Positions 36,816 through 45,365 of a DNA stretch of 64,000 nucleotides are shown here, in pieces; position 1 is the stretch's first letter; the number at the start of each line of letters is the position of its first letter. The DNA is from Actinomycetota bacterium (GTDB lineage Bacteria; Actinomycetota; Geothermincolia; Fen-727; Anoxymicrobiaceae). The stretch lies in the NCBI GenBank assembly GCA_018831265.1, contig JAHJCO010000052.1, positions 22,597 to 86,596 of the forward strand. The letters run 5' to 3'. The notes beneath the pieces are model-generated. The model was not told the DNA's origin. It ran no database searches and saw only the letters and a list, made by a program, of their open reading frames with translations. Made by a program: the position numbers and the translations under genes.

Positions 36816-38195
36816 TCAGTCGATCTTCCCGTCACCCCTGCCCGCCGCGGACCGAAGTCCGCGCCCGGGCGCTCCTTCCCTTACCGCCCTTCTCAGCCGC
36901 AGCCCGTATGCGATACCGCCGAAGAAAGACCGCGGCTCGAAGCCGAAGTAGTACCGGTGCCACAGCCACGCGGACTGCAGCCCGTCCCAGCGCATCGCTC
37001 TCCGCTTCACCCTGTGGGATCTCCTGCCCATGACCTCGAGCGCTTCGGCGTAGTCTTTCACCTTCACCATCTCGTCGGGCGCCTCGCCGGGGACCACGAT
37101 CCCCCCGGAGTGCAGCGCCTCCAGCCTCCGCTTTGTCTCGGCCACGGTCGGCCCGCACACCAGGGCGCAATGCCCGCAGGTGAGCACGTTCGGGTCCCGC
37201 AGCCTCTCCACACCCAGCACCCCCGTCGCGCGCGCGTTCTCCATCAGCAGGCGGTTGCTCCCGGCACGGTCCTCCGCCATCGCCTCACCGGGGCGGGGCA
37301 GCCGGTCCAGCAGCTCACGCGGCTGCAGCAGCGCCCCGTTGCGCCGGATGAGGTCGTACCGCGGGGTGGCGTCGCCCGTGGTGCCCCCGCGCCGCATGAG
37401 CGCGAGGCGTAGCGCGAGCTTTCCACCCGACGGCCTGCGCCCGACCCAGTCCTCTATCCAGTGCTTGCCCCAGGTGCTCCAGGTCCGCTCGGGGCTGATG
37501 GAGTGCAGCCCGAAGCAGGATGCGTTGCACAGGTCCAGCCCGTTCCTCTTCGCCCGGGGATGAAGCTCACCGTTCAGCAGCACGTACTCCTCGCCCTCAG
37601 GCTCGAACATGCACGCCACGCAGGTCTGCGCGCATACCTTGCAGGAGCGGCACGGGCCGTCCACGAAATGACGCGGGTTCAGAGGCGGGTCGCTCTCGAG
37701 GACCGCTTCCGTCACCACGGTCCCCAGGTAGACCGCCGCCCCGTGCTCGGCGGTCATCACGTTGCCGGACCAGCCCTGGGCGCCTACGCCCGCGGCGATC
37801 GCCCCGAAGCGGTGGGAGAAGCCGGGGCGCGTGGAGAACACGTCGAGCGAGCGGCGGTAGGTGTTGTTGGGCGGGACCACCTCCGCGCGGTGACCCCGCG
37901 AGCGGATGAACCCGGCGACCTGTTCGCAGCAGGATCGCATGCGCTGATTCCCCAGCAGCTGATCGAGGTTATGGGGCGTGGGCGTCTCCTTGGACAGGAA
38001 CGCGTAGATCGCCTCGACGTCCATGGGTAGTGCCATGCTGACGATCGAGCGCGCGCCTTTCATGGTGTAGGCGGGGTCGAGGGAGGGCGGGCCGGACAGC
38101 CTGTCCGGGCCCGCCACTCCCACGATGTCAACGCCGCGGCTCCTCGCGTACTCCTTGATCTCCTCCTCGAAGCGCTCCACTACCCCACCCTTCAT
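36816..38195 (-). CDS. RdhA/QueG-like iron-sulfur protein (epoxyqueuosine reductase / reductive dehalogenase superfamily; 2 x 4Fe-4S)
   Basis: 459 aa. N-terminus ...RGVDIVGVAGPDRL. Cys clusters CRSCKVCAQTCVACMF and CGHCALVCGP. No Tat signal. Confidence 0.45.
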   Translation of the reverse strand: MKGGVVERFEEEIKEYARSRGVDIVGVAGPDRLSGPPSLDPAYTMKGARSIVSMALPMDVEAIYAFLSKETPTPHNLDQLLGNQRMRSCCEQVAGFIRSRGHRAEVVPPNNTYRRSLDVFSTRPGFSHRFGAIAAGVGAQGWSGNVMTAEHGAAVYLGTVVTEAVLESDPPLNPRHFVDGPCRSCKVCAQTCVACMFEPEGEEYVLLNGELHPRAKRNGLDLCNASCFGLHSISPERTWSTWGKHWIEDWVGRRPSGGKLALRLALMRRGGTTGDATPRYDLIRRNGALLQPRELLDRLPRPGEAMAEDRAGSNRLLMENARATGVLGVERLRDPNVLTCGHCALVCGPTVAETKRRLEALHSGGIVVPGEAPDEMVKVKDYAEALEVMGRRSHRVKRRAMRWDGLQSAWLWHRYYFGFEPRSFFGGIAYGLRLRRAVREGAPGRGLRSAAGRGDGKID

Positions 38196-38770
38196 CAGGC
38201 CACCAGGTTGCCCAGGCTCATCGCGAACGGCATGTCGCCCTCTATCTTGAGCTTGCCGGACATAAACGCGGTCACCCCGACCAGCTCCCCCTTGCTCATG
38301 AGCACCCAGTCGTCCAGCGTCAGGCGGAATGTCACCGCGGGCGACTCCGCACCGCCGAATACGATCTTTATTGGGATGTTCTCCGCCCCCTCGTGCGAGA
38401 GGTCCAGGTTGAGCGTCCCCCTGGTGGTCTTGAGCATGTCGTACTTGGCCTTGTTGGCGAGCTGCGCCGTGTCGGTGAACATGTCCACCGCCCCCGCCAC
38501 CTTGCCGGTGACCGCATCGCGCCAGTCGTCCTCGCGGATCTCCACCGTCACGTCGGGGCTGTCGGCGGGCCCGCCCTTGACCTCCAGGTCGCGCGCGTCT
38601 TTGATGGCGATGTTGTAGGTCTGCTTCCCGGCGCCCGTGACATCGAACTGCAGGACGAACTCTGTGCCCTCCATGCCCAGCACCGGGCTCTTCGCGAGTT
38701 CCTCGGCGAAGATCCTCGGGACCATCTCCTCGAAGTACTCCTTCACCGTGATGTCGTCAGCGATCTCCAT
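38195..38770 (-). CDS. SCP2 sterol-carrier-like domain protein
   Basis: C-terminal SCP2 signature ...FMSGKLKIEGDMPFAMSLGNL. Confidence 0.7.
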   Translation of the reverse strand: MEIADDITVKEYFEEMVPRIFAEELAKSPVLGMEGTEFVLQFDVTGAGKQTYNIAIKDARDLEVKGGPADSPDVTVEIREDDWRDAVTGKVAGAVDMFTDTAQLANKAKYDMLKTTRGTLNLDLSHEGAENIPIKIVFGGAESPAVTFRLTLDDWVLMSKGELVGVTAFMSGKLKIEGDMPFAMSLGNLVA

Positions 38771-39446
38771 CTCCTCGACCCCCTTTTTCCGCGGGCGCGC
38801 GCTTCGCGGCCCGATCTTTCCGTTGCCGCTCCCTCGCGGCGCCGGTACCTTCGCCCGTCAGGGCCCTCGTGTGGTACTCCATGAACTCGTCGGCGAGCCG
38901 CTCTATGTCCGGCCGGACTCCCCTGACCACCAGCTCCATGATGCCGTAGACGGCGGACCCCATGACTATGGTCGTGACCACGTCGACGTCGCAGGACCGT
39001 ATGAGCCCGTGCTCCTGCAGCAGGCTGAACCCCTGATTCAGCTGCTTGCGCGCCACGTCGGAGAGCTCCTCCATCCGGGCGGAGAAGTGCTCGTCGGAGC
39101 CGAGCGCGTCGCGGTAGATGACCCTTGTCAGGTGCGGGCGGCTGCTGTGGTACTCGAGGATGCTCAGTACGTTGGCACGCCAGGTTGCCATGATGTCGCC
39201 GCAGGCGGTGACCGCGGCCGAGAGCTGCCGGTGGTTCTCCTCGAGCAGCTGCTGGAACTCGGTGAAGTAGGTCTCGATCAGCTCGAGGAAGACGTCCCGC
39301 TTGGACTCGAAGTACAGGTAGAAGGTGCCGCGCCCTATCCCCGCTCCCTCGACTATGTCGCTGACGGTGGCCGCACGGTAGCCCTTCTCCGAGAAGACCT
39401 GTGCCGCCACGGAGAGCACCTGGTCGCGCCGGTCCTCGGGCCGCAT
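38757..39446 (-). CDS. TetR/AcrR-family transcriptional regulator
   Basis: Internal start MRPEDRRDQVLSVAAQVFSEKGYRAATVSDIVEGAGIGRGTFYLYFESK (HTH). Confidence 0.75.
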   Translation of the reverse strand: MRPEDRRDQVLSVAAQVFSEKGYRAATVSDIVEGAGIGRGTFYLYFESKRDVFLELIETYFTEFQQLLEENHRQLSAAVTACGDIMATWRANVLSILEYHSSRPHLTRVIYRDALGSDEHFSARMEELSDVARKQLNQGFSLLQEHGLIRSCDVDVVTTIVMGSAVYGIMELVVRGVRPDIERLADEFMEYHTRALTGEGTGAARERQRKDRAAKRAPAEKGGRGDGDR

Positions 39447-39588
39447 CCTGGTGCGACGCCTCGTCCCGTCCTTGCTCTCGGTCTTCACGTCCAGGGCCTG
39501 CTTCACAAAGCTCCTCCAGGCCGGGCGGATTACCCCATCCGGCCGGCTGTCTGACGGGTGCGTCAGCAACTGACACGTGCCCACCGCG

Positions 39589-39606
39589 GTACTGACATGT
39601 CAGTAC
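39589..39606. promoter_or_regulatory. perfect 18-bp palindrome GTACTGACATGTCAGTAC (candidate TetR operator). Nearby palindromes CTGACGGGTGCGTCAG (39551-39566) and ATATCCA-C-TGGATAT
   Basis: About 140 nt upstream of the TetR start, in the only non-coding gap of that operon. Confidence 0.4.
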
Positions 39607-39768
39607 TCTACATATGGGTGTCCGTCGAGTCAATAGATATCCACTGGATATTGTTAAAGCGATGGTTATCTATTTGCCGCGCCAGTCACAGTCAACCCTG
39701 GAAGTTGACCCCTCCGGAACAGCCAGGTTGCCGATGGCGTCTATCTTGTGCGGTCCCGTCCCGAGCGA

Positions 39769-40605
39769 TCAAAGCCGCTTCTCAAGGAAGCGAAGCGTGT
39801 ACTTCAGCCCGACCACGTTGAGGCGTCGGCTCAGGCGCCAGATAAAGTCGGCAAGCTTGGTCTCCGGCCCCACGTTGATCACGAACCTGTTGCGCTCCAC
39901 AGCGCGGACCACCGACTCGGCCGCCCTGCTCGGGGACGCCTTCAGGCCGGTCATGAAGCGGTCCACCTTCCCGCCCAGCTTCTCCCGGTTGCTGCGTCTG
40001 GTCTCCGAGCAGAACCTCATGCTGCGGGCGATGCTGGTGCTCATGAAACCGGGGCACACGGCCGAGATGCCCACCCCGCAAAGCGCTCCCTCGGCGCGCA
40101 GGTTCGCCGAGAACGAGAGGACCGCGGCCTTCAGCGAGCAGTAGGTGGTGAGCAGCGGCAGGGGTCCGTACGCGGCGGCCGAGGCGATGTTCACGATGTG
40201 GCCGCTCCCCCGCTCCTTCATCCCCGGGTAGAAGAAGTGGCACCCGTGGACGACCCCCCAGTAGTTCACTCCCACGATCCACTGCCAGTTCTCCAGAGAT
40301 ATGTCCTCGAACCGCCCGCCGCACGCCACCCCGGCGTTGTTGACCACGACGTCGACGTGATCGCAGCGCTTGAGGACGTTGTCTCGGAACTCCTCCATCT
40401 GCCACGCCTGCGATACGTCCACGACCTCGGTGGAGACCTCGGCACCCATTGCCTCACATTCGGTCTTGATCTCTCCCAGGCCCTCCCCGTCGACATCGCA
40501 AAGCTCCAGGCGAGCGCCCCTGCGCGCAAACGAACGCGCGACCTCGGCCCCCAGGCCGCTCGCCGCCCCCGTTACCACAACTACCTTCCCGCGAAAGTCA
40601 TCCAC
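39769..40605 (-). CDS. SDR-family short-chain dehydrogenase/reductase
   Basis: TGAASGLG NAD(P)-binding motif; NNAG; YxxxK region. Confidence 0.85.
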   Translation of the reverse strand: MDDFRGKVVVVTGAASGLGAEVARSFARRGARLELCDVDGEGLGEIKTECEAMGAEVSTEVVDVSQAWQMEEFRDNVLKRCDHVDVVVNNAGVACGGRFEDISLENWQWIVGVNYWGVVHGCHFFYPGMKERGSGHIVNIASAAAYGPLPLLTTYCSLKAAVLSFSANLRAEGALCGVGISAVCPGFMSTSIARSMRFCSETRRSNREKLGGKVDRFMTGLKASPSRAAESVVRAVERNRFVINVGPETKLADFIWRLSRRLNVVGLKYTLRFLEKRL

Positions 40606-40778
40606 GATGAGGGACCTTCCTTTCCTTCCGGTGTTTCACAGTATCCTAGTGCCCCACCGCGCGGGCGGTCAAACAGGGTTCGTGGCCTTCATCGTCAACC
40701 CGAGCACAGGATGGCACTCGCTTCAAACTGATATAATCAAACAGGCGTATGCAACTACTTGGAAGGCGGTGTTACGCT

Positions 40779-43700
40779 ATGCGTACTCACCTGAGGGCTC
40801 ACCATGCTACGTTTGCCGTGCTGGTTCTCTCAGCGCTTGTGCTCTGCTCGGCGATCGCCTTCGCGGGGACGCGCTGGGCCTCAAACGGGGTCGTGGTTTG
40901 CAACGTGGACAATCACCAGAACCTGCCGGAGGCGGTCTCGGACGGGACCGGCGGTGTTATCGTGGTATGGCAGGACACGCGCACGGCCGGTACCGACTAC
41001 AGCGTCTATGCGCAGCGGCTCAACTCGGCGGGGCAGCCCCAGTGGACCGCGGGCGGTCTACAGATCGCGGCGGCACAGGGGCAGGTTACCTTCGCGCAGT
41101 ATCCCTACCCAAAGATCGCGACCGACGACGCGGCCGGAGCTTACATAGTCTGGACAAACAAGTCGGGTGCCAACTGGGATATCTGCGCCAGGAGGGTCCT
41201 CGCCGACGGCTCGCTGCCATGGGCGACTGTCAACGTCTGTGGAGCCGCCGGCAACCAGAGGAACCCGGTGGTCTGCGCGGACGGCTCCGGCGGAGTCCTT
41301 GTCTCCTGGGAAGACCAGCGGGCCGGCGGGCCGTGGCGGGTCTATGCCCAGAGGTTGAACTCCAGCGGAGTAGCCCAGTGGACCGGCGATGGGGTGGCGC
41401 TGAGCGCGCTGGCCAGCGACCAGCAGGCGCCCTGCATCGCCGCCGACGGTGCGGGAGGGGCGGTGGTCGCCTGGCAGGACGACCAGGCGCCGCTGGTGCT
41501 GTTCAACATCTACGCGATGCACGTCGACCAGCTCGGCGCCAAAGACCCGTTGTTCGGGCCCAATGGCCTGCCCGTGGCCGCGTCGGCCCAACCGCAGGGA
41601 ACCCCCGTACTGGTCGACTCCGGCTCGCAGAGCTTCGTCACCGCCTTCACCCAGGACCCGGGCGGAGGAGTGACAGACATATACGCGCAGAAGTTCGACC
41701 TGACCGGCGCCTTCCCGTGGGGACTCTCCGGCGCTACGGTGTGCACCGCAGCGGGTATGCAATACGAGCAGCAGATAATCGGTGACGGCGCGGGCGGAAC
41801 CTACGTGGCCTGGCGCGACCAGCGTGGCGCGCCCGACTACATCTACGCTCAGCACCTGCAGTCCGGTGGAACTCCGTACTCGGGCTGGGATCCAGACGGC
41901 CTGCACATGGCAGGCATGGGCCTCGGCAACCAGCAATCCCCCAGGCTCACTTCCGACTCCCTGACCGGCGCCTACGTGACCTGGCACGACTACCGCGACG
42001 ACCCCGCCAACCCCGACATCTACGCACAGCGGGCCACTTCGGGTGGCACGCGCGTCTGGGGCACCACCGGCCTGGCCATATGTACCGCGACGGGTTGGCA
42101 GGGATTCCCGGTGATCGCGGGCGACGGCTCATACGGAGCGATGATCGCCTGGGAAGATGGGCGGAACGACACCCCCTCCGGGACGGGCTACGATATCTAC
42201 GCGCAGCGCACGAGCAACGATGCGCCGACAGTTACCGGGATAACCCCTGCCAAGGGACTCAACAACAGCAGTATTGACTGTACGGTGACCGGCACCAACT
42301 ACTACACACCCGGAACGCTCGCCAAGCTCAAGAGAGGCAATACCTATATCACCGGCACCAACAATACGGTTGTGAACAGCACGACTCTGACCAGCAGGTT
42401 CGACCTGGCCGGGAAAGCCTATGGAACGTACGACGTGCTCGTCTACAGCGGCGACGGGCAATCAGGCTCGAAGGCAGGATCGTTCACCGTCAAGTCCTCC
42501 GTACCCGTGATGGAGACGCTGCTTCCCCTGAACGCCACCCCGGGAGACACGGTGACGATTACCGGAGGCGGCTTCGGCGACAACCAGGGGGCCGGCAGCG
42601 CAGGTGGAGCCGCATCGTTCGTCTCATTCTCGGGTGTCAGTGCAACCGTGTACAGCGAATGGACGGATACCAGGATCAAGTGCGAGGTCCCGGTCGGGGC
42701 CGGCAGCGGGGACGTTTCCGTAACCACCTCGACTGGTACCTCCAACACCAGGACCATCACCGTGGTCTACCCCACCTGGTTCCTGGCCGAGGGCAGCACC
42801 TCGTGGGGATTCGATACATACATAGCCATCGAGAATCCAAATACCGTCGGGGTGGATGCGCAGGTGACGTACATGACCACCGGCGGCGAGGTCGACGGGG
42901 GCACCATCAACCTGCCCGCCGGCTCGCAGACCACGATCCATCCCAAGGACCTGTTGGGAGAGCAGGACTTCTCGACCAGGGTGGCCTCCCTGGACACCTC
43001 CAGGGATATCTGCGTCGACAGGACCATGACCTGGTACTCGGGGTACGGGAACGGCAACGCCTGGCACGGCTCGGTCGGGGTGACCGGTTCGGCTGCTACC
43101 TGGTACCTGCCCGAGGGCTCCTCCAACTGGGGATTCGAGACCTGGCTCCTGATCCAGAACCCCAACACCGTGGAGGCGAACTGCCAGGTGACCTACATGA
43201 TCGAGAACGATGTGCCGCAGACGGTCACCCACGTCGTCCCCGCGAACTCGCGCCGGACCTATAACATGGCCGACGACATAGGCTCGAAGGACGCCTCGAT
43301 AATGGTCCAGGCCGACGTGGGCGTCATACCCGAGCGGGCGATGTACCAGATGAGCACCGGGCAGTACGCCGTGCCGGACTCTCGCCGGGAGGGCCACGAC
43401 TCCATCGGGACCACGCTGCCCGACACCGACTACTACCTGGCCGAGGGGACGAGCGCCTGGGGCTTCACCACCTACGTACTCATACAGAACCCGAACGCGG
43501 TCGCGGCGAACGTTGACGTCACTTACATGACCGGCGCAGGCCCACAGCCTCAGGCGCAGTTCGAGATGCCGGCCAACTCGCGCAAGACCATCCGGGTGAA
43601 CGACGTCCCCGGGATGGGAAGCGTCGACTTCTCGACGCAGGTGCACGCCGACGCGCCGATCATCGCGGAGCGGGCGATGTACTGGCAGCCTGGAAGCGCC

Positions 43701-44084
43701 GACTCGAACCAGGCCATGCACGACTCCATCGGGATGAGCGCTCCGCACAAGGTCTTCTACCTGCCGGACGGTGAGACGTTCCTCACCGACGAGGGACCTT
43801 ACGACATCGAGACGTTCACGCTGGTACAGAATCCCAACGGCGTGGCCGTCGAGATCGAGATCAGCTACTTCCCCGAGGGAGGCGGGACCCCTGTCACCTG
43901 GAAAGACACCGTGCCCGCCAACTCCCGGATGACCTTCAACATGAGGGACCGGTTCCAGGCCAATGCCAGGGCGGCGATCAAGGTGGAGTGCCTTACAGCC
44001 GGCCGGAAGATAATGGTCGAGCGCTCGATGTACATGCAGGACAGATGGGGTGGTACCGACACGATCGGTGGATACAGCGACTAG
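40779..44084 (+). CDS. secreted modular protein: signal peptide + about ten 47-aa repeats (DIYAQR..G...W...G......Q..P.I..DG.GGA.V.W.D.R) + two IPT/TIG-like domains + 4-module WYLAEG...AERAMYW block ending GTDTIGGYSD
   Basis: Start MRTHLRAHHATFAVLVLSALVLCSAIAFAG. Modules: PTWFLAEGSTSWGFDTYIAIENPN, ATWYLPEGSSNWGFETWLLIQNPN, TDYYLAEGTSAWGFTTYVLIQNPN, KVFYLPDGETF...ETFTLVQNPN. Confidence 0.8.
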   Translation: MRTHLRAHHATFAVLVLSALVLCSAIAFAGTRWASNGVVVCNVDNHQNLPEAVSDGTGGVIVVWQDTRTAGTDYSVYAQRLNSAGQPQWTAGGLQIAAAQGQVTFAQYPYPKIATDDAAGAYIVWTNKSGANWDICARRVLADGSLPWATVNVCGAAGNQRNPVVCADGSGGVLVSWEDQRAGGPWRVYAQRLNSSGVAQWTGDGVALSALASDQQAPCIAADGAGGAVVAWQDDQAPLVLFNIYAMHVDQLGAKDPLFGPNGLPVAASAQPQGTPVLVDSGSQSFVTAFTQDPGGGVTDIYAQKFDLTGAFPWGLSGATVCTAAGMQYEQQIIGDGAGGTYVAWRDQRGAPDYIYAQHLQSGGTPYSGWDPDGLHMAGMGLGNQQSPRLTSDSLTGAYVTWHDYRDDPANPDIYAQRATSGGTRVWGTTGLAICTATGWQGFPVIAGDGSYGAMIAWEDGRNDTPSGTGYDIYAQRTSNDAPTVTGITPAKGLNNSSIDCTVTGTNYYTPGTLAKLKRGNTYITGTNNTVVNSTTLTSRFDLAGKAYGTYDVLVYSGDGQSGSKAGSFTVKSSVPVMETLLPLNATPGDTVTITGGGFGDNQGAGSAGGAASFVSFSGVSATVYSEWTDTRIKCEVPVGAGSGDVSVTTSTGTSNTRTITVVYPTWFLAEGSTSWGFDTYIAIENPNTVGVDAQVTYMTTGGEVDGGTINLPAGSQTTIHPKDLLGEQDFSTRVASLDTSRDICVDRTMTWYSGYGNGNAWHGSVGVTGSAATWYLPEGSSNWGFETWLLIQNPNTVEANCQVTYMIENDVPQTVTHVVPANSRRTYNMADDIGSKDASIMVQADVGVIPERAMYQMSTGQYAVPDSRREGHDSIGTTLPDTDYYLAEGTSAWGFTTYVLIQNPNAVAANVDVTYMTGAGPQPQAQFEMPANSRKTIRVNDVPGMGSVDFSTQVHADAPIIAERAMYWQPGSADSNQAMHDSIGMSAPHKVFYLPDGETFLTDEGPYDIETFTLVQNPNGVAVEIEISYFPEGGGTPVTWKDTVPANSRMTFNMRDRFQANARAAIKVECLTAGRKIMVERSMYMQDRWGGTDTIGGYSD

Positions 44085-44090
44085 CAACTG

Positions 44091-44356
44091 GGGTCAGGCT
44101 CAATTCAATGTCAGCTTCAAGTCCACCCGACTTGGGTGGTGTGACTTGAATTGTGCCTGACCCCTGGCTTAGTCACTTGGTAGTTGCCCAAGAAAAGCAT
44201 TCAATTTCGGGCTATTCAACCAGTCACATCGTGACCCTGCATATAGGTCAAGCAAGAGCAGGGCAGCGTGGTGCGGCCCAAAATGACAGTCAATACGACC
44301 TGTATGGTGTGACTTGAATTGTGCCTGACCCCCAGCCTAGTCACATCGTGGCCGCT
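44091..44356. mobile_element. MITE-like element, copy A' (inverted orientation relative to 12833-13102, about 90% identical)
   Basis: Begins 7 nt after the stop of the 40779 gene. Its reverse complement aligns end-to-end with copy A. Confidence 0.65.
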
Positions 44357-44494
44357 CAAGTACGGAAGCCCCCGCTTTTTACCCCGTTTTTACAGGGGCG
44401 CAATCCCTTTTTCACTCAAATGCGTGTAAATATAGGCGTACACTGTCGTATAGATATGCGGCAGACGTTCGTCGGACGGCACGGGGAGGGAGCC

Positions 44495-45040
44495 ATGAAG
44501 AAAGGTGTCATGACCGCGGCGATCGCCCTGGCGATGATGCTCGCCGTCGGCACCGCCGTCGCCGGCGGGGAGCAGCCCAGGGCCAGCTACCCCAGGAGCA
44601 GCGCCGCCGAGGAGCGCCAGGACGCGCGCTCGGAGATGCTCCAGCAGAGGATAGACCTGGTCATTACGCGCTTCAACAACAACAAGGAGCGCCACGTCGC
44701 GACCTACCAGGCGATGAAGGCCGAGGTCCAGCAGTTGATAAGCACACTGGCTGCGCAGGGTTACGACGTGGCGAAGATCACCTCCGACCTGCAGACCTGG
44801 GACCAGATGATAATCAAGTTCGCGCAGGACTACGTGAGCTTCATCAATCTCCTCGAGGCGACCAAGGCGTACATCCCCTACGAGTCGGAGGGGCAGTTCG
44901 CCGCGGCCCTGGAGCAGGCGAGGGCTCAGCTACGCGTGTGCAGGCAGGACTCGCTGGACATCCGGCTCTACTACCAGCAGACCATCCGCGCCGACATCGC
45001 CGAGCTGGCTTCCCAGAAGCCCGGCTCGACCGCGCCTTAG
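44495..45040 (+). CDS. secreted hypothetical protein (signal peptide, predicted all-alpha)
   Basis: GGGGAGGGAG RBS; MKKGVMTAAIALAMMLAVGTAVAGG.... Confidence 0.55.
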   Translation: MKKGVMTAAIALAMMLAVGTAVAGGEQPRASYPRSSAAEERQDARSEMLQQRIDLVITRFNNNKERHVATYQAMKAEVQQLISTLAAQGYDVAKITSDLQTWDQMIIKFAQDYVSFINLLEATKAYIPYESEGQFAAALEQARAQLRVCRQDSLDIRLYYQQTIRADIAELASQKPGSTAP

Positions 45041-45043
45041 GGG

Positions 45044-45295
45044 GTGAGCACGATGATTAAGTGCACCAGGATCTCCATCGCGGCTCTAGTTGTCCTTGCG
45101 CTGCTCCTCGTGGCGCTGGTCGCCACCTCCTGCGGCGGCAGGACCACCACTCAGCAGGGCGCGGGGACCCAGGGCGTGAACACAGGGAACCCGACAATAG
45201 ACAACGCCATCGAGAAGCTCGACGGTCAGATGGACTCGGTGAGCTCCGATGACTTCAACGACAGCCAGTTGAACGACTCGGAACTCGGCCTCTAA
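45044..45295 (+). CDS. small lipoprotein (lipobox ATSC), Ser/Asp-rich
   Basis: MIKCTRISIAALVVLALLLVALVATSCGG.... Confidence 0.5.
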   Translation: MSTMIKCTRISIAALVVLALLLVALVATSCGGRTTTQQGAGTQGVNTGNPTIDNAIEKLDGQMDSVSSDDFNDSQLNDSELGL

Positions 45296-45303
45296 CGAGA
45301 AAA

Positions 45304-45354
45304 GACCTCAACCATTATTTCTCACCTCTTTGGTGAGAAATAATGGTTGAGGTC
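45304..45354. terminator. bidirectional terminator-like hairpin, 23-bp perfect arms GACCTCAACCATTATTTCTCACC / GGTGAGAAATAATGGTTGAGGTC; paralog of the 9570 hairpin
   Basis: Lies between convergent genes 45044-45295 (+) and 45366-47504 (-). Confidence 0.6.
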
Positions 45355-45365
45355 AATTCCCAATC

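Noticed and set aside
40779-44084. Calling the 47-aa repeats of the 40779 protein as YD/RHS repeats or the 59211 repeats as Kelch
   Set aside because: Neither repeat matches the YD or Kelch consensus motifs. They are described only as propeller-like tandem repeats.
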